The translations under genes were made by a program, and so were the position numbers. Source: Leptogorgia sarmentosa (lineage: Eukaryota). Taken from it: a DNA stretch of 64,000 nucleotides. The notes under the pieces were generated by a model. That model searched no databases and had not been told where the DNA came from. It worked only from the letters and a program-made list of their open reading frames with translations. Below, piece after piece: positions 13,486-24,787 of the stretch. Each line of letters begins with the position of its first letter. Position 1 is the stretch's first letter. Where the stretch lies: NCBI GenBank assembly GCA_964658305.1, contig OZ210885.1, positions 25,544,001 to 25,608,000 of the forward strand. Reading direction: 5' to 3'.

Positions 13486-16400
13486 CTTGAAAGAGACTCC
13501 TACAAGAGCAAAAGTTAACCTTAGAAAAGGCCCTAGATATTTGTCGACGCAGTGAGACAACTTCCAAGCAATTGCAAAATATGATAAGCCTCACTGAGAA
13601 GTCAATCGACCACGAAATCAAAGCAATTAGAGACCAAGGTCAAGGAAATCGGCGCTGTGATTTTTCAAGACCCCATGAGAAAAAGCGTTGCAAATATTGG
13701 GGGGGAATGCGTGAATTTGATAAGAATTCATGCCCAGCATACGGAAAGTCGTGTAAGAACTGTGGGTTTTGCAATCATTTCTCAAGGGTTTGCCAGAAGA
13801 AACGGAATGAAACTGCACGATCGGTCAAGGAGATTACCAAAGATGTTTCTAGTGACTCTGGTGATTCAGTGTACACAGTTTCTGTTTTGCCCGAGTTTCC
13901 GGATGATCAAGAAGTTTTAGCGGTTCGAACAAAACATAAAGAATTCAAGAGTAAAATTCTAACCGTAATGAACATTAAAGGGGGAAAAGAGACAAGTTTT
14001 CAAGTCGATACGGGCGCCACTTGCAATGTGATTAAACAGAAGGAACTGTCTGGGACAAAATATATGAAGAAAATTAAGAAAACAAAGCAAGTCCTCAAGA
14101 TGTATAACTCCTCCACTTTGAAACCAGTCGGTCAGTGTATGGTGCAATTACAAAATCCCGAAACATATAAGAAGTACAAGGTTGAATTTACGGTTATCGA
14201 CGGCGAGAATTGTACGAATCTTCTAGGAAGTCGAGCAGCACAGCAGATGGGTCTTGTTAATGTGAATTACGATAACATGAAAATTCTGTCAGAACCAGAT
14301 CAGAAAGGTGATTCACATACCACAATGACGTCATCAGAGTCAAGTCAGACGGAAAGGGCGACGCATTCCATATTGACCTCTTCTGAATCAAGTCAGACTG
14401 GATTGACCATGGAACAGATCACTAGTGAATACAAAGATATTTTTGAGGGACTGGGGCAGCTGGGACCGAAACTCCATCTGGAACTAGAAGAAAACGTGAA
14501 ACCTGTACAACAAGCAGTGAGAAAAACACCTGAGTCTATGAAAGATCCGCTGAGAAGCCACCTAGCTGAGCTCGAAGAGAAAGGTATAATTGAGAGAGTG
14601 TATCAACCTACAGAATGGATAAGCTCTATTGTCGTTGCAAAGAAATCCAATGGAAATATTCGCTTATGCCTAGATCCTCGTCCACTTAACAAGGCACTCA
14701 AGAGATGTCACCACCCCATGCAGACCATCGAAGATATATTACCTGAGCTTGGTAAAGCAAAAGTCTTCTCTAAGTTGGACTGTCTCAATGGTTATTGGCA
14801 ATTACCTTTCGGTAGGTATAAATGGAAACGCTTACCGTTTGGTATTTCTCCAGCTGGTGAGATATTTCAGAGTCGGTTAGACCAAGCGATCGAAGACCTT
14901 GAGGGAGTTAAGACAGTTGCTGATGATATTCTGGTGATTGGGAATGGCGACTCATTAGCAGAAGCAATCACCGACCATGATGTCAAAATGAAGCAACTGT
15001 TGGATCGATGCAGAGAGCGGGGAGTAAAGCTGAACGGAACAAAGTTTTTGCTGAAGCAAACGTCAGTTCCTTATATCAGACACGTTCTTACATCTACAGG
15101 GGTGAAACCTGATCCAGCCAAGGTTGAGGCGATCATTAAGATGGAAAGACCCACAAACGTAGAAGGAGTACGCAGAATCATGGGAACCATAAACTATTTA
15201 GCCAAATTTTTGCCACAGTTGTCTGACGTTTCGGAGCCTTTGCGAATACTTGCTAAGAAGGACGTTGTTTTTGCATGGGATCAAGTTCATGACCAAGCAT
15301 TCACGAAGTTGAAAGAGCTCGTTACCAAGCCGCCCTTACTCAAGTTCTATGAACCTGAGAAAGAATTGGTCATACAGTGTGATGCAAGCGAAGGGGGACT
15401 TGGGGCTGCTTTATTGCAAGATGGCAGACCTATAGCTTACGCAAGTCGGGCACTCAATTCAACTGAGCGCAATTACACTCAAATTGAGAAGGAACTCTTG
15501 GCGATTGTGTTCGGGGCAGAACGATTTCATCAGTACACATTTGGAAGACCAGTATGGGTTGACTCTGACCACAAACCATTGGAAACGATATTTGCAAAGC
15601 CACTCGTTTCTGCGCCCAGACGATTACAAAGAATGTTGATGCGGTTACAAATGTATGACCTGAGAGTAAGATACAAAAGAGGGACTGAATTATATCTGGC
15701 AGATACGGTAAGTGGGCACTATCTGACAGAGGTACAAGAAACCAGAGAAGCAGATGTTCTGAATTACTTGTCCGATGTGGAGACAGAGCAGAGCGAGCAT
15801 GAGGAAATCATGGAGATCAACCAATTGTTGGCGAGCGAAGATATTGCTAACATGTATCGAGACAAAACAGATCAAGATGAAGATTTGCAGGTGTTAAAGA
15901 GAGTCATACAGTCCAGGTGGCCAGAGGTTAAGAACAACCTGCCAGCCGCAGTGGGGTCCTACTTTCATATCCGGGATGAAATGGTGGTCCAAGATGGGCT
16001 GATATTACACGGTGATCGACTAGTTATTCCTAAGGCACATCGAAAGACAATGATGGAAAGTCTTCATGCCAGTCACCAAGGGATCGAAGCAACTCTGAGA
16101 AGGGCGAGAGAGACCATGTACTGGGCAAATATGAATGCGGAGATCAAAGATTATGTGAAGAAATGCGACTTATGCTGTAGTATTGGTCCCAAGCAATCAA
16201 AAGAAACACTCATCAGTCACGAGGTTCCTGACCGGCCATGGGGAAAGATCGCCACAGATTTGTTCGAGTTCGATGGCAAGGAGTATTTGGTAACAGTCGA
16301 TTATTTTTCGAATTTTTTCGAGATTGACCGCCTCTACAGTACGCAGGCCGTATCCGTTATTCGAAAGCTCAAGGCACACTTGGCGCGGTATGGCATTCCT

Positions 16401-17440
16401 GAAGAATTAATAAGTGATCAAGGTCCTCAGTTTACCTCTGGGGAATTCAAGAATTTCTGTGCGAGTTATGGAATGAAGCATACCATGACAAGCCCGCATT
16501 ATCATCAGGCAAATGGAATGGCTGAAGCTGCTGTTAAACAAGCGAAACGAGTCCTGAAAGTAGCCAAAATGTCTGGACGAGACCCACATTTAGCCTTGTT
16601 GGACCTTAGAAATACTCCTCAAGAAGGGTTCGGTTCAAGCCCAGCACAGCGATTGATGAGCAGGCGGACAAAAACTGTTTTGCCAATTTCGAAAGGTTTG
16701 CTAAAACCAGCAGTTATTCAAAAAACAAAACAGCAAAGAAGAGCGCGTCAAGAACGACAGAAGAAATTTTACAACCGGGGAGCAAGAGATTTACCAGCAT
16801 TGGCTGCAGGTGATCAAGTATGGATACAGCCAGTCAAAGTTGGGGATCGAGAATGGAACAAAGCAACCGTTTTAAGAGAAGCGGGTATCAGGTCTTACGA
16901 AGTCGAAACGGAGAATGACCGAACCCTCATTCGGAATCGAAGACATTTGAAGGAAGCAAAATCAAGATCCGCAAATGGGGATAAGCATCAACAGATCCAA
17001 GAATTACCTAAAACACCTGAAGTTGCCGAGCAACAATCGAGTGATTTTGATGGAGAAATAGACCCTATTCCAGAGCTCATTCCGGATCCTGATCGAGGCG
17101 TCCAAAGCAGCACTGAGTTCGGTAGAGACAATATAATTACTCGAACGCGGAGTGGTCGAATTAGTCAAAGACCAAAGTATCTGGACGATTATAGTACATA
17201 GGGTGATCATAAACGTTTACCTATTTATCAGAGAAAATAGACAATAACAATAACAAATTCTCTGTGAAAGGGAGGATGTTGCAATATTCAAAAAAAGACA
17301 ATAAAAAAATATATTTGCATGTGTAATTAGCTAGTAGCCTACTTAAGCCAAGTGAACATTTCAAATATCTGTATTAGTTAGCTAAATAAATCGATATAGG
17401 TTGTAGCTGGGCTGTGTGCTTTCATGTTAAATAAACGACA
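13486..17440 (+). mobile_element. Gypsy/Ty3 (Mag-like) LTR retrotransposon, 5'-truncated, with PPT and 3' LTR (17277-17440)
   Basis: Gag tail LTLEKALDICR, then the long pol ORF. PPT gaaagggagga|TGTTG...CGACA. Confidence 0.9.
13572..17201 (+). CDS. Gypsy gag-pol polyprotein (knuckle, protease, RT, RNase H, integrase), with a small in-frame deletion in RT
   Basis: 1209-aa ORF with VDTGA, CLDPRPLNKAL, LPFGI, VADD, CDAS..GLGA, HASHQG..C..C, DLF/SDQGPQF/NGMAE. GYWQ runs directly into LPFGRY, so the usual TTF segment is missing. Confidence 0.9.
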   Translation: MQNMISLTEKSIDHEIKAIRDQGQGNRRCDFSRPHEKKRCKYWGGMREFDKNSCPAYGKSCKNCGFCNHFSRVCQKKRNETARSVKEITKDVSSDSGDSVYTVSVLPEFPDDQEVLAVRTKHKEFKSKILTVMNIKGGKETSFQVDTGATCNVIKQKELSGTKYMKKIKKTKQVLKMYNSSTLKPVGQCMVQLQNPETYKKYKVEFTVIDGENCTNLLGSRAAQQMGLVNVNYDNMKILSEPDQKGDSHTTMTSSESSQTERATHSILTSSESSQTGLTMEQITSEYKDIFEGLGQLGPKLHLELEENVKPVQQAVRKTPESMKDPLRSHLAELEEKGIIERVYQPTEWISSIVVAKKSNGNIRLCLDPRPLNKALKRCHHPMQTIEDILPELGKAKVFSKLDCLNGYWQLPFGRYKWKRLPFGISPAGEIFQSRLDQAIEDLEGVKTVADDILVIGNGDSLAEAITDHDVKMKQLLDRCRERGVKLNGTKFLLKQTSVPYIRHVLTSTGVKPDPAKVEAIIKMERPTNVEGVRRIMGTINYLAKFLPQLSDVSEPLRILAKKDVVFAWDQVHDQAFTKLKELVTKPPLLKFYEPEKELVIQCDASEGGLGAALLQDGRPIAYASRALNSTERNYTQIEKELLAIVFGAERFHQYTFGRPVWVDSDHKPLETIFAKPLVSAPRRLQRMLMRLQMYDLRVRYKRGTELYLADTVSGHYLTEVQETREADVLNYLSDVETEQSEHEEIMEINQLLASEDIANMYRDKTDQDEDLQVLKRVIQSRWPEVKNNLPAAVGSYFHIRDEMVVQDGLILHGDRLVIPKAHRKTMMESLHASHQGIEATLRRARETMYWANMNAEIKDYVKKCDLCCSIGPKQSKETLISHEVPDRPWGKIATDLFEFDGKEYLVTVDYFSNFFEIDRLYSTQAVSVIRKLKAHLARYGIPEELISDQGPQFTSGEFKNFCASYGMKHTMTSPHYHQANGMAEAAVKQAKRVLKVAKMSGRDPHLALLDLRNTPQEGFGSSPAQRLMSRRTKTVLPISKGLLKPAVIQKTKQQRRARQERQKKFYNRGARDLPALAAGDQVWIQPVKVGDREWNKATVLREAGIRSYEVETENDRTLIRNRRHLKEAKSRSANGDKHQQIQELPKTPEVAEQQSSDFDGEIDPIPELIPDPDRGVQSSTEFGRDNIITRTRSGRISQRPKYLDDYST

Positions 17441-18238
17441 TGAGTTTATTGTACATGTTATTGTTACATGTTTTTTTATTATAGGTTGCAGAAGATTATG
17501 GTGGACCCAGAAAAGAATTCTTTCGCTTAGTCCTGATGGAAATAAAGGATAAGTTTTTCGACCAAGGGCTTAAAGTTCTATTAAAGGAGAAATACATACC
17601 TATTGGCATAATAATGGGTAAGCTATGGTGTGAATAGACATTTAGCCACAGGGAAATCTTGGATGTGGTTTTTTGTTAGCATGTTGATGCGTTTCTAATA
17701 TTGAAGTACTGACATATCATTTATTGTACAGGGAGAAAAAATCTTAGAGTACTATTTCAAATATGAGAAACAGGTCTGTATGGGTCTCCCCTCTATTTAA
17801 AATCAAACTTGAAATCCATTAATATGTCACTTTTTTGCAAAAGGACTTAGCATTATTCAAAATGGAAACATCCTGACCTTTATTGACGGAGAAATAAGAA
17901 AAAAAGTCTTCTCTGCTGAAGAAACTGAAGAAGCATGCATACATGAGTTACGTGAAGGTTTCAAGAAAGTTGGCATCTATCAAGTGAGTTTAGAATTGCA
18001 AACTAATGATCATATGCTTAGAATTATGTAATCAATGCTGGTATGTGATGTAAGAACAAAACATTTACATGTTCATAAAACACATTGTGTTCATACTTTG
18101 AAACTCATTATTGTATTATGTGACATAATATCATGCATATATTATATTTTATTAGCTTCATTAAAAACAGGCAATACATTGCTTATAATGATCTTCATGA
18201 ACGTTTGTCTGTATTTTACTCTAATTGTTAATTAGATA

Positions 18239-18384
18239 CAGTTACTGCCCAAAAGTCTAAATACAGTAGTCGTTCAATATAGAAATGGTTATTTCATTTG
18301 ATATAGGTGATTAAATCAAATTGTGATGAAACATTGCATAGATTGGGTTTTGTCACATGTATTTAGACTTTTGGGCAGTAACTG
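18239..18384. mobile_element. Small Tc1/mariner-type MITE
   Basis: 27-bp perfect TIR cagttactgcccaaaagtctaaataca, with TA on both sides. Confidence 0.8.
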
Positions 18385-18959
18385 TATTTTATTGTTACAT
18401 AAATTATATCAAATATGTTGGTTTGAGTTTTAGTTTGATTATACAATATACAGTATTTGTTATATCTTAGTTGAACTATAGACTGTATGGTAAAATGTTG
18501 CAACTTTCTTCACATATAAATAATATAAATACTTATTAGAAAAAATTTGTGATGCCTGTTGTTGCTTCTAACAAGTAAATAACTCATCAACTGGTCATAG
18601 CCTATTGTTGGCAGGTAGAATCCTCTGGCATATGACAGTAAAACTCTGTTGCTAAGTTCAAAAATCCATAATGAAATGCAAGCCAGTTTGTAAAGTTATT
18701 TCATTGTGAACATTCAAACTTCACAGTGAACTTTGGAACAAAAAATAGTTTGACCCTAACCCTTTATTTTACTTGTTTATTTACTAGCAGTGATGGGGTT
18801 ATTTTTTTTGCAACAGTGATAACGTGTTTTACATCATGCCTTCTAATGATGTCTAATGCTTTAACAAAGTCATCAATTCCATGGTTTGACCTGGTCCAGA
18901 TTTGGGAGGTAAGTTCATTAAAGCAAGCTTCAGGTAGCTCTGAAAGTAATGGAAGGAAT

Positions 18960-20177
18960 ACTGGTCTCCCCCCTCAGATTGCTCCTCATTTCCTTCATCT
19001 AGCTCTCCATCAAGATCTTCAATTGAAGTAGTAGTAACATGGAGCCCTACTGGATTGTTAACTTGCCCTGTTAGCCACAGCTGTGCAGGGTGTTGATCTG
19101 GTTGTTCGCATTCGGTGGTGGGCCCAAGCTGTTTTCCAAATAGTCAATTTTTCATTAATTATAGGAACAAATACATGGCGAAGGGCAGCCAGATGTAACT
19201 CATTCAAGGGATCAAGAATATCTTCTTCCTCCATAAAATAGAATAGCTGGTAAAAAACCCTCAAAACTCCTTCATACACATCTCTCCACAAACGTTCAAT
19301 CCTCTGATTGTGTGTACTCTTTCCAGCTATAACACTTCCGCGGTTGGTACCTCGATTTTGGATCATGAACTGTGCAATTCCAACATTTTCAAGGCCTTTG
19401 TCTGTTCGAATTCTACTGGGTAGTCCATATTCATTAACAGCATCTATAAAACACGCCAACACAGTATTGGCCTTGTTGTTTCAGAATACTGCAACGTAAC
19501 GGGCAAACGACTGAAACCATCAATGCCTCCTATGACAATGAAGTTCCAGCGAATAAGTTTATGGTTCGTGTCAATATGCCAGAGATGGTTTGGACCTTGA
19601 ACGTGGTATGTTCTCCTGTGCAACCTGCCTCTTGACCTTTGTGCAATACCCTCACTATCAACTCTATGCAGGCTATCACGTAATCGCCAGCGTTGAACTT
19701 TAATATTTCTTGTCAACAGCATCTGCTTTACAAGCCCCTCCCCAGAGTGGGGAAATTCAACAGTTATTTCCTTCACTTCGCGGTCCAAATGGTCGTCTGA
19801 AATTTCAGAGAAGTCCATCTTACTAAGGCCATACTGTCGCATCCTGCGATAAATTGGGCTCTCTGATACACAAAGAATCTTGCCAATTTCACTGATCGTT
19901 AAATCCTGATCAAGGTAACACTCCAAAACAGTCTGAGGAATATGAAATTGAGGAGCCCCACATTGATTTGACTTTCTTCTTCGCGGTTTCTCTGATCCAT
20001 ATTTCGAACACTCCACTTTTAATGCCATTATATCACTGCGATTTTGCACTCCTAAATTTTTAACTTCATTTAAAGAAAGCTTTCCCACCAAATCCGTGTT
20101 ATTTTCTCGCTAATGAATTTATCTACAAAGTGATCCAGTTTTACCTTTCGTAGAACAGACGCCATTTCGGACGCCAT
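18960..20177 (-). pseudogene. SAM-domain + HTH + integrase-core (IS3/IS481-like DDE) transposase of element A, frameshifted
   Basis: MASEMASVLRKVKLDHFVDKFISEKIT[fs]DLVGKLSLNEVKNLGVQNRSDIMAL (SAM-like), then [29 protein letters not shown] and [13 protein letters not shown]. Confidence 0.85.
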
Positions 20178-20299
20178 GTTTTATGTGTGGATAAAATATG
20201 AGTGGGCATTATATGAAGTTTTCAAGGAAAAATAGCTGCTGTCCAAATATTCTGGCTCACAACGGTACATATAATAATGACACTACCGAACGAAATGAT

Positions 20300-20745
20300 T
20301 GCACCACCGCGTATGATATTCAGGGCACATCATGTGTGCGCAGCACAACGCATAATGTTTAAAGCACTGCATATGATGGTTAATGCACCTCATATAATGT
20401 TTAAAGCACCGCATATGATGGTTAAAGCACCTCATATAATGTTTAAAGCACCGCTTATAATGATTAAATCACCGAATATAATGTTTAAAGCACCGCATAT
20501 AATGTTTAAAGCACCGCGTATAATGATTAAATCACCGAATATAATGTTTAAAGCACCGCGTATAATGTTTAAAGCACCGCGTATAATGATTAAATCACCG
20601 CGTATAATGATTAAATCACCGAATATAATGTTTAAAGCATCACATATAATGTTTAAAGCACCGCATATAATGATTAAATCACCGAATATAATGTTTAAAG
20701 CACTGCATATAATGTTTGAAGCACCAAATATAATTATAAAAGCAC
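20300..20745 (+). repeat. 21-bp tandem array (~20 copies, aaagcaccgcatataatgttt and variants), right subterminal repeat of element A
   Basis: Read directly. Contiguous units with no spacers. Confidence 0.9.
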
Positions 20746-20792
20746 CAGAGGAAATGCTATTTGATCACTTAAGACAGCTATGGCTTTCCATA

Positions 20793-21178
20793 GTCAAGAC
20801 TTCGAGTCTTTAGTCAGCAGGTTGTCAAGACCTAGAGTCTTTCGGCAATCAGTGGAAACTACTTTGAAGCAGGGTACTAGAATTATGTAAACATTTAAAT
20901 ATCAATTTAAAATAAATTAATGCTGTGAGTAGTTGAAACGTATGTTGTCAAGACTTCGAGTCTTTAGTCAGCAGGTTGTCAAGACCTAGAGTCTTTCGGC
21001 AATCAATGGAAACTACTTTGAAGCAGGGTACTAGAATTATTTAAACATTTAAATATTTAAATATCAATTTAAAATAGATTAATGCTGTGAGTAGTTGAAA
21101 CTTATGTTGTCAAGACTTCGACTCTTTAGTCAGCAGGTTGTCAAGACCTAGAGTCTTTCGGCAATCAGTGGAAACTGT
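20793..21178 (+). repeat. Tandem repeat, ~155-162-bp unit, ~2.4 copies
   Basis: gtcaagacttcga(g/c)tctttagtcagcaggttgtcaagacctagagtc recurs at ~20793, ~20948 and ~21109. Confidence 0.85.
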
Positions 21179-21192
21179 TTCACAGTGTAATA

Positions 21193-22020
21193 CCGGGTGG
21201 CGCAAAAAAAAGTATAACTGTTTGATTACTTATAACTCAAAAACCATATGCAGTAGAACCCTAAATGGAGTTTCATTGCATCCAGCGATGTCTAACTTAA
21301 ATTTTGGTATATTCGACAGGCATTTTCGTCCAAGATTGACTGAGATATGAGAGTTTAAACTTTTGTGAACAATTTTCAAACAGTCACAAATTAGCTAAAA
21401 ACGGCCTATTAAACTGATTTTATAGCCGCGTCACTATTTTATCATAAGCAGTGTTTTAACAAACGTAGTTGAAGTGCAAATTTCATCTTCCTTGTAACAG
21501 AGATGCTTTCTCATTTTTGTTTGCTGTTCGGCAACAGGAAAATTAAGCTACAAGGTTCATTTAAAGTTTTCTTCTAAATTTTAATTCGACGTCCAAAGGG
21601 AATGAACTGAATTCTAAAATGCGAATGTCGCCTCGTATGCTTCTAAGTAATAATTATGCCTCGTTTAACGAAGGACCAAAGAGTTGGCAAGATGCCGCAT
21701 TCGTACTCGGGAACATGCATTTCCTAACGAATAGACGTTTGTTTTACACGATCCGGAACACGGTACATCTCTTTATATGTCGTTAATGCTGTATTAATAT
21801 TTAATAGGCCGTTTTTAGCTAATTTGTGAAGGTTTCAAAATTGTTAACAAACGTTTGAACTCTCATATCTCAGTCAATCTCGGACGAAAATGGCTGTCGA
21901 ATATACCAAAATTTAAGTTAGACATTGCTGGATGCAATGAAACTCCATTTAGGGTTCTACCGCATATGGTTTTTGAGTTATAAGTAATCAAACAGTTGTA
22001 CTTTTTTTTGCGCCACCCGG
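21193..22020. mobile_element. Non-autonomous Tc1/mariner element with ~220-bp TIRs
   Basis: TA|CCGGGTGGCGCAAAAAAAAG ... CTTTTTTTTGCGCCACCCGG|TA. The inverted arms yield near-identical ORFs on both strands. Confidence 0.9.
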
Positions 22021-22189
22021 TACATATAAACACTGTAGATATCATACAGTAATTAATTGTTCAACACTTTCTTTGAATAATGAGGGAAATCATTCGAAAT
22101 TAAAAATACAGTAAATGATAAATTAAACTAAAATTCATACTATGCATATTTGGAAATTATTGTAGAAATTTGTAGGATTCTGGATTATA

Positions 22190-22374
22190 CAGTAGAACCT
22201 CGCTAACTCGAACTCTCAAGGGGAAAGAAAAATAGTTCGAGTTAGGGGGGGCTCGAGTTAACCGGAGTAAATTACTATAAAATGTATGTACTATCAAATC
22301 CAGGGGGAATTGGATTTAGTTCGAGTTAGCGGGGAGTTCGAGTTAAGCGAGTTCAAGTTAGCGAGATTCTACTG
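22190..22374. mobile_element. pogo/Tigger-like MITE
   Basis: TA|CAGTAGAACCTCGCTAACTCGAACTC ... GAGTTCAAGTTAGCGAGATTCTACTG|TA, with internal tcgagtta repeats. Confidence 0.8.
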
Positions 22375-23190
22375 TATATTAATACTATGCAGTATGCCAT
22401 ATTTATATAAATATATAGGCAGCTAGGATATGTATTGCAAATGATACAATCCTGAAATATTCAGCAGCTAAAATATAATAATATCATGAATGTAATTTAT
22501 ATAAGTAGTGTTCAATGTACATACAGTAGTGTATAAATAGTATGCTGTAGATAATTCATGTGAACAGTTTAATAGCTTGAAATAAATGTTTTAACGGGTC
22601 ACTGGGGCAAACCAATGTTGAATGGTTTGCTGTCAGTATTTTGTTTGTTTTTTCTTTTCGCACAGAGTTTAACAAAAGTTAATAGAGACGTGGCAGTACT
22701 ACACCATATGAAAGGCTGTACCAAAATTCAACACCTACTGTAGGAAATAAATAGCTCGGTCAAGAAGGAATGCACGTCGAAGTTCGCTTTGTATTTTATA
22801 GATGTATTTAATTTACTATTATCACACACCGTCTTCTCTAGGTACAAACACTAAAATGTACTAACCTGTTCTTATGTGGACTAAACAAACAGATAATTCG
22901 CTCGCATTTTGAAAATATACATTTTTCTTCAGCTTTAAAATCCATCTTAAAGGGAAATGGCAATATTTTTTTTTTCAACTTTAAAATAAAGCTTACGATA
23001 TATATTATTAAAAACAAGTAAAAGTTTCTGTTTGGACAGTTTCTTTCGCAGAAACCGGCAATTGTTTTTACCCAATTACTGCGTATCGGCCGCCATCTTG
23101 GATTATATTTCAGCGTAATTAGCGTTCTTGTGAAAATATTTTTGTGACGTCATAACCTGGGTTGTTGTTTTCAATATAATCGATTTCAAT

Positions 23191-23802
23191 GTGGCAAGTA
23201 AAGAAAGCGTCGCAAATACTGAGAAAAAAGATGAAATTTTTGGCTGCAAAGAGTTGGGTATTGAACCATACATGTTTGAGCCTAACAAAGGGGAGCAAGG
23301 CAAAGCTAGTGATGATTCGAGTGAAGAATCAGAGTCAGATGAAGAAGAGGTTGATGAGGAATTCGAGGCTGCTAATGCCTGGCGTCGTTTAACACTTTCA
23401 TGGTGTAAGTGCGGTAAATGTGTGATCATGGAGAAGACCATAGAAAGCTTCTGTTGCCAAGAAAAAGCATTGGAGTACGACGAGAAACTTACCAGTGCTC
23501 AAAATCAAGATTTGGAGTGCATTACAAGCCTGCCGTCATTTGTGGAAAACATGCTATCAAGAAACGTCCTTCATATTGATGTTTTTCAATATTTAGAGGA
23601 AACTTGGCCGTTAGGAGATGATGAACTAGAACAAACACATAAACTATATTGTCTTGTTTCCTACAGGAGATCTTCTAGATGGGTTTTCACCATTTTAGGA
23701 AAAAAAGTACGGAGAGTTTTCCCATCGTGTGTTTATACGTGTATACGAAACGAATTTGCTTCCCCAACTGGTCTTTACACTCACTTCAAGTTTGCAAAAT
23801 GA
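23191..23802 (+). CDS. KolX accessory protein (Cys-rich, similar to the P2X7 receptor C-terminal ballast domain)
   Basis: WCKCGKC..ESFCCQE..CIT..YRR..RWV..LGKKVRRVFPSCV..IRNEF..G.YTHFK. The start codon looks altered (atgtggca). Confidence 0.8.
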   Translation: MASKESVANTEKKDEIFGCKELGIEPYMFEPNKGEQGKASDDSSEESESDEEEVDEEFEAANAWRRLTLSWCKCGKCVIMEKTIESFCCQEKALEYDEKLTSAQNQDLECITSLPSFVENMLSRNVLHIDVFQYLEETWPLGDDELEQTHKLYCLVSYRRSSRWVFTILGKKVRRVFPSCVYTCIRNEFASPTGLYTHFKFAK

Positions 23803-23856
23803 ATTTACCTAGCAATGGATATATATTTATATTTACATATTGGATTATTTGGTGCT

Positions 23857-24787
23857 TTTTACCAAGTTTCTACAGCAAACATGTATGTATATTTTGTTGT
23901 TTATAAATAGTGAACTAACTACCTGTTCATTTAGGTTGTTCTAATATGCATTTTAATGAGAACTCACAAAGGAACCAATCCAAGACACAAGAGGGTGAAG
24001 ATCGATGGGTTGTCATTTATCCAAAAGTACACAAAGGTGAAAAATGTATTGCCAGAAAAATAAAAGAGGGTTTGTTTACACACATATCTACTCTACATTG
24101 ACAATCTGATGTACACATATTTCCAAGTGCTTTACATGCACACCTAACGGTGGCACATTTACCAGAGCATGTGCAACTAGACTTATTTTGGTCTGGAAGT
24201 GGTAGGGCTGGCTTTGAAAATCGCTATATCGCCTGTTAAGAACAGATGCCTTGGATTCTGCTTGCTTGCCATTCAAGTATTGCTCCACAAGTGACATTGG
24301 TTCTGGAGGAAGGACAAGATTGGCATGTTTCTGTGCTCTCTTCAAGGTGCAGTACTTTGCTCTCAGTTGAACACTTTCAAGCTGGACTGCCTCAATATAT
24401 TCTAAATTTAACAATAAAAACAGATACTTCATCAAGTTGGATAGGCTGATACAGAGATAATTTATATCAAACAACACTGAAAAATATCTGAGTTCCAAAC
24501 ACCCGTGTAAAGGTAGGATAAAATAAAAATACTTTTGCTGTTTCATACAACTTACTGTATGTTGGTTCTTCTTTTATTTTTCTGGCAATATATTTTTCAC
24601 CTTTGTGTACTTTTGGATAAATGACAACCCATCAATCTTCACCCTCTTGTGTCTTGGCTTGGTTCCTTTGTGAGTTCTCATTAAAATGCATATCAGAACA
24701 AAACAACCTAAATGAACAGGTAGTTAGTTCACTATTTATAAACAACACAAAATATACATACATGTTTGCTGTAGAAACTTGGTAAAA
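23857..24787. repeat. ~210-bp inverted duplication (23857-24067 vs 24570-24787) inside Kolobok
   Basis: ttttaccaagtttctacagcaaac...gccagaaaaataaaaga and its near-exact reverse complement. Confidence 0.9.

Larger units (their letters stand above)
6531..17983 (+). pseudogene. SAM-domain + Zn finger + Thr-rich + HECT (G2E3-like) E3 ligase gene of element A; exons ~6531-7979, 17485-17617, 17844-17983; 3' part not found
   Basis: N-terminal SAM-like MEEILQSLNLGTLFGRFQEQRM..SDQDLVRLGVTTIGDRIRL. In-frame TGA at 7185 (IYL*PIQ). CHMC..HDHLWSC. 24-bp repeats encode VTTSVATA (7381-7475). GT-AG splicing joins LQVQFYGE|VAEDYGGPRKEFF (HECT N-lobe motif) across a 9.5-kb intron, then IGIIM|GLSIIQNG. Confidence 0.8.
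6146..20792. mobile_element. IS3EU-type DNA transposon A (left terminus lost): convergent SAM-HECT gene and SAM-transposase gene
   Basis: Inverted subterminal 21-bp arrays at 6146-6262 and ~20300-20745, with imperfect inverted homology extending inward (~6300-6345 vs ~20236-20280). Right end ...GGCTTTCCATA at 20792 (TAY..RTA type). Same gene layout as element B. Confidence 0.75.

Noticed and set aside
20277..20813. CRISPR-like array, or a repeat protein (KAPHIMF)n; likewise ORFs 5994-6395 and 6053-6382
   Set aside because: Units are contiguous with no unique spacers and there are no cas genes. The ORFs are by-products of a stop-free 21-bp repeat in transposon ends.
21138..22045. Pair of near-identical small ORFs on opposite strands
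   Set aside because: They are translations of the two TIRs of a non-autonomous Tc1/mariner element.
23191..23802. Host P2X7 receptor gene
   Set aside because: Only the Cys-rich C-terminal-like domain is present, with no channel domain, and it lies inside Kolobok TIRs.
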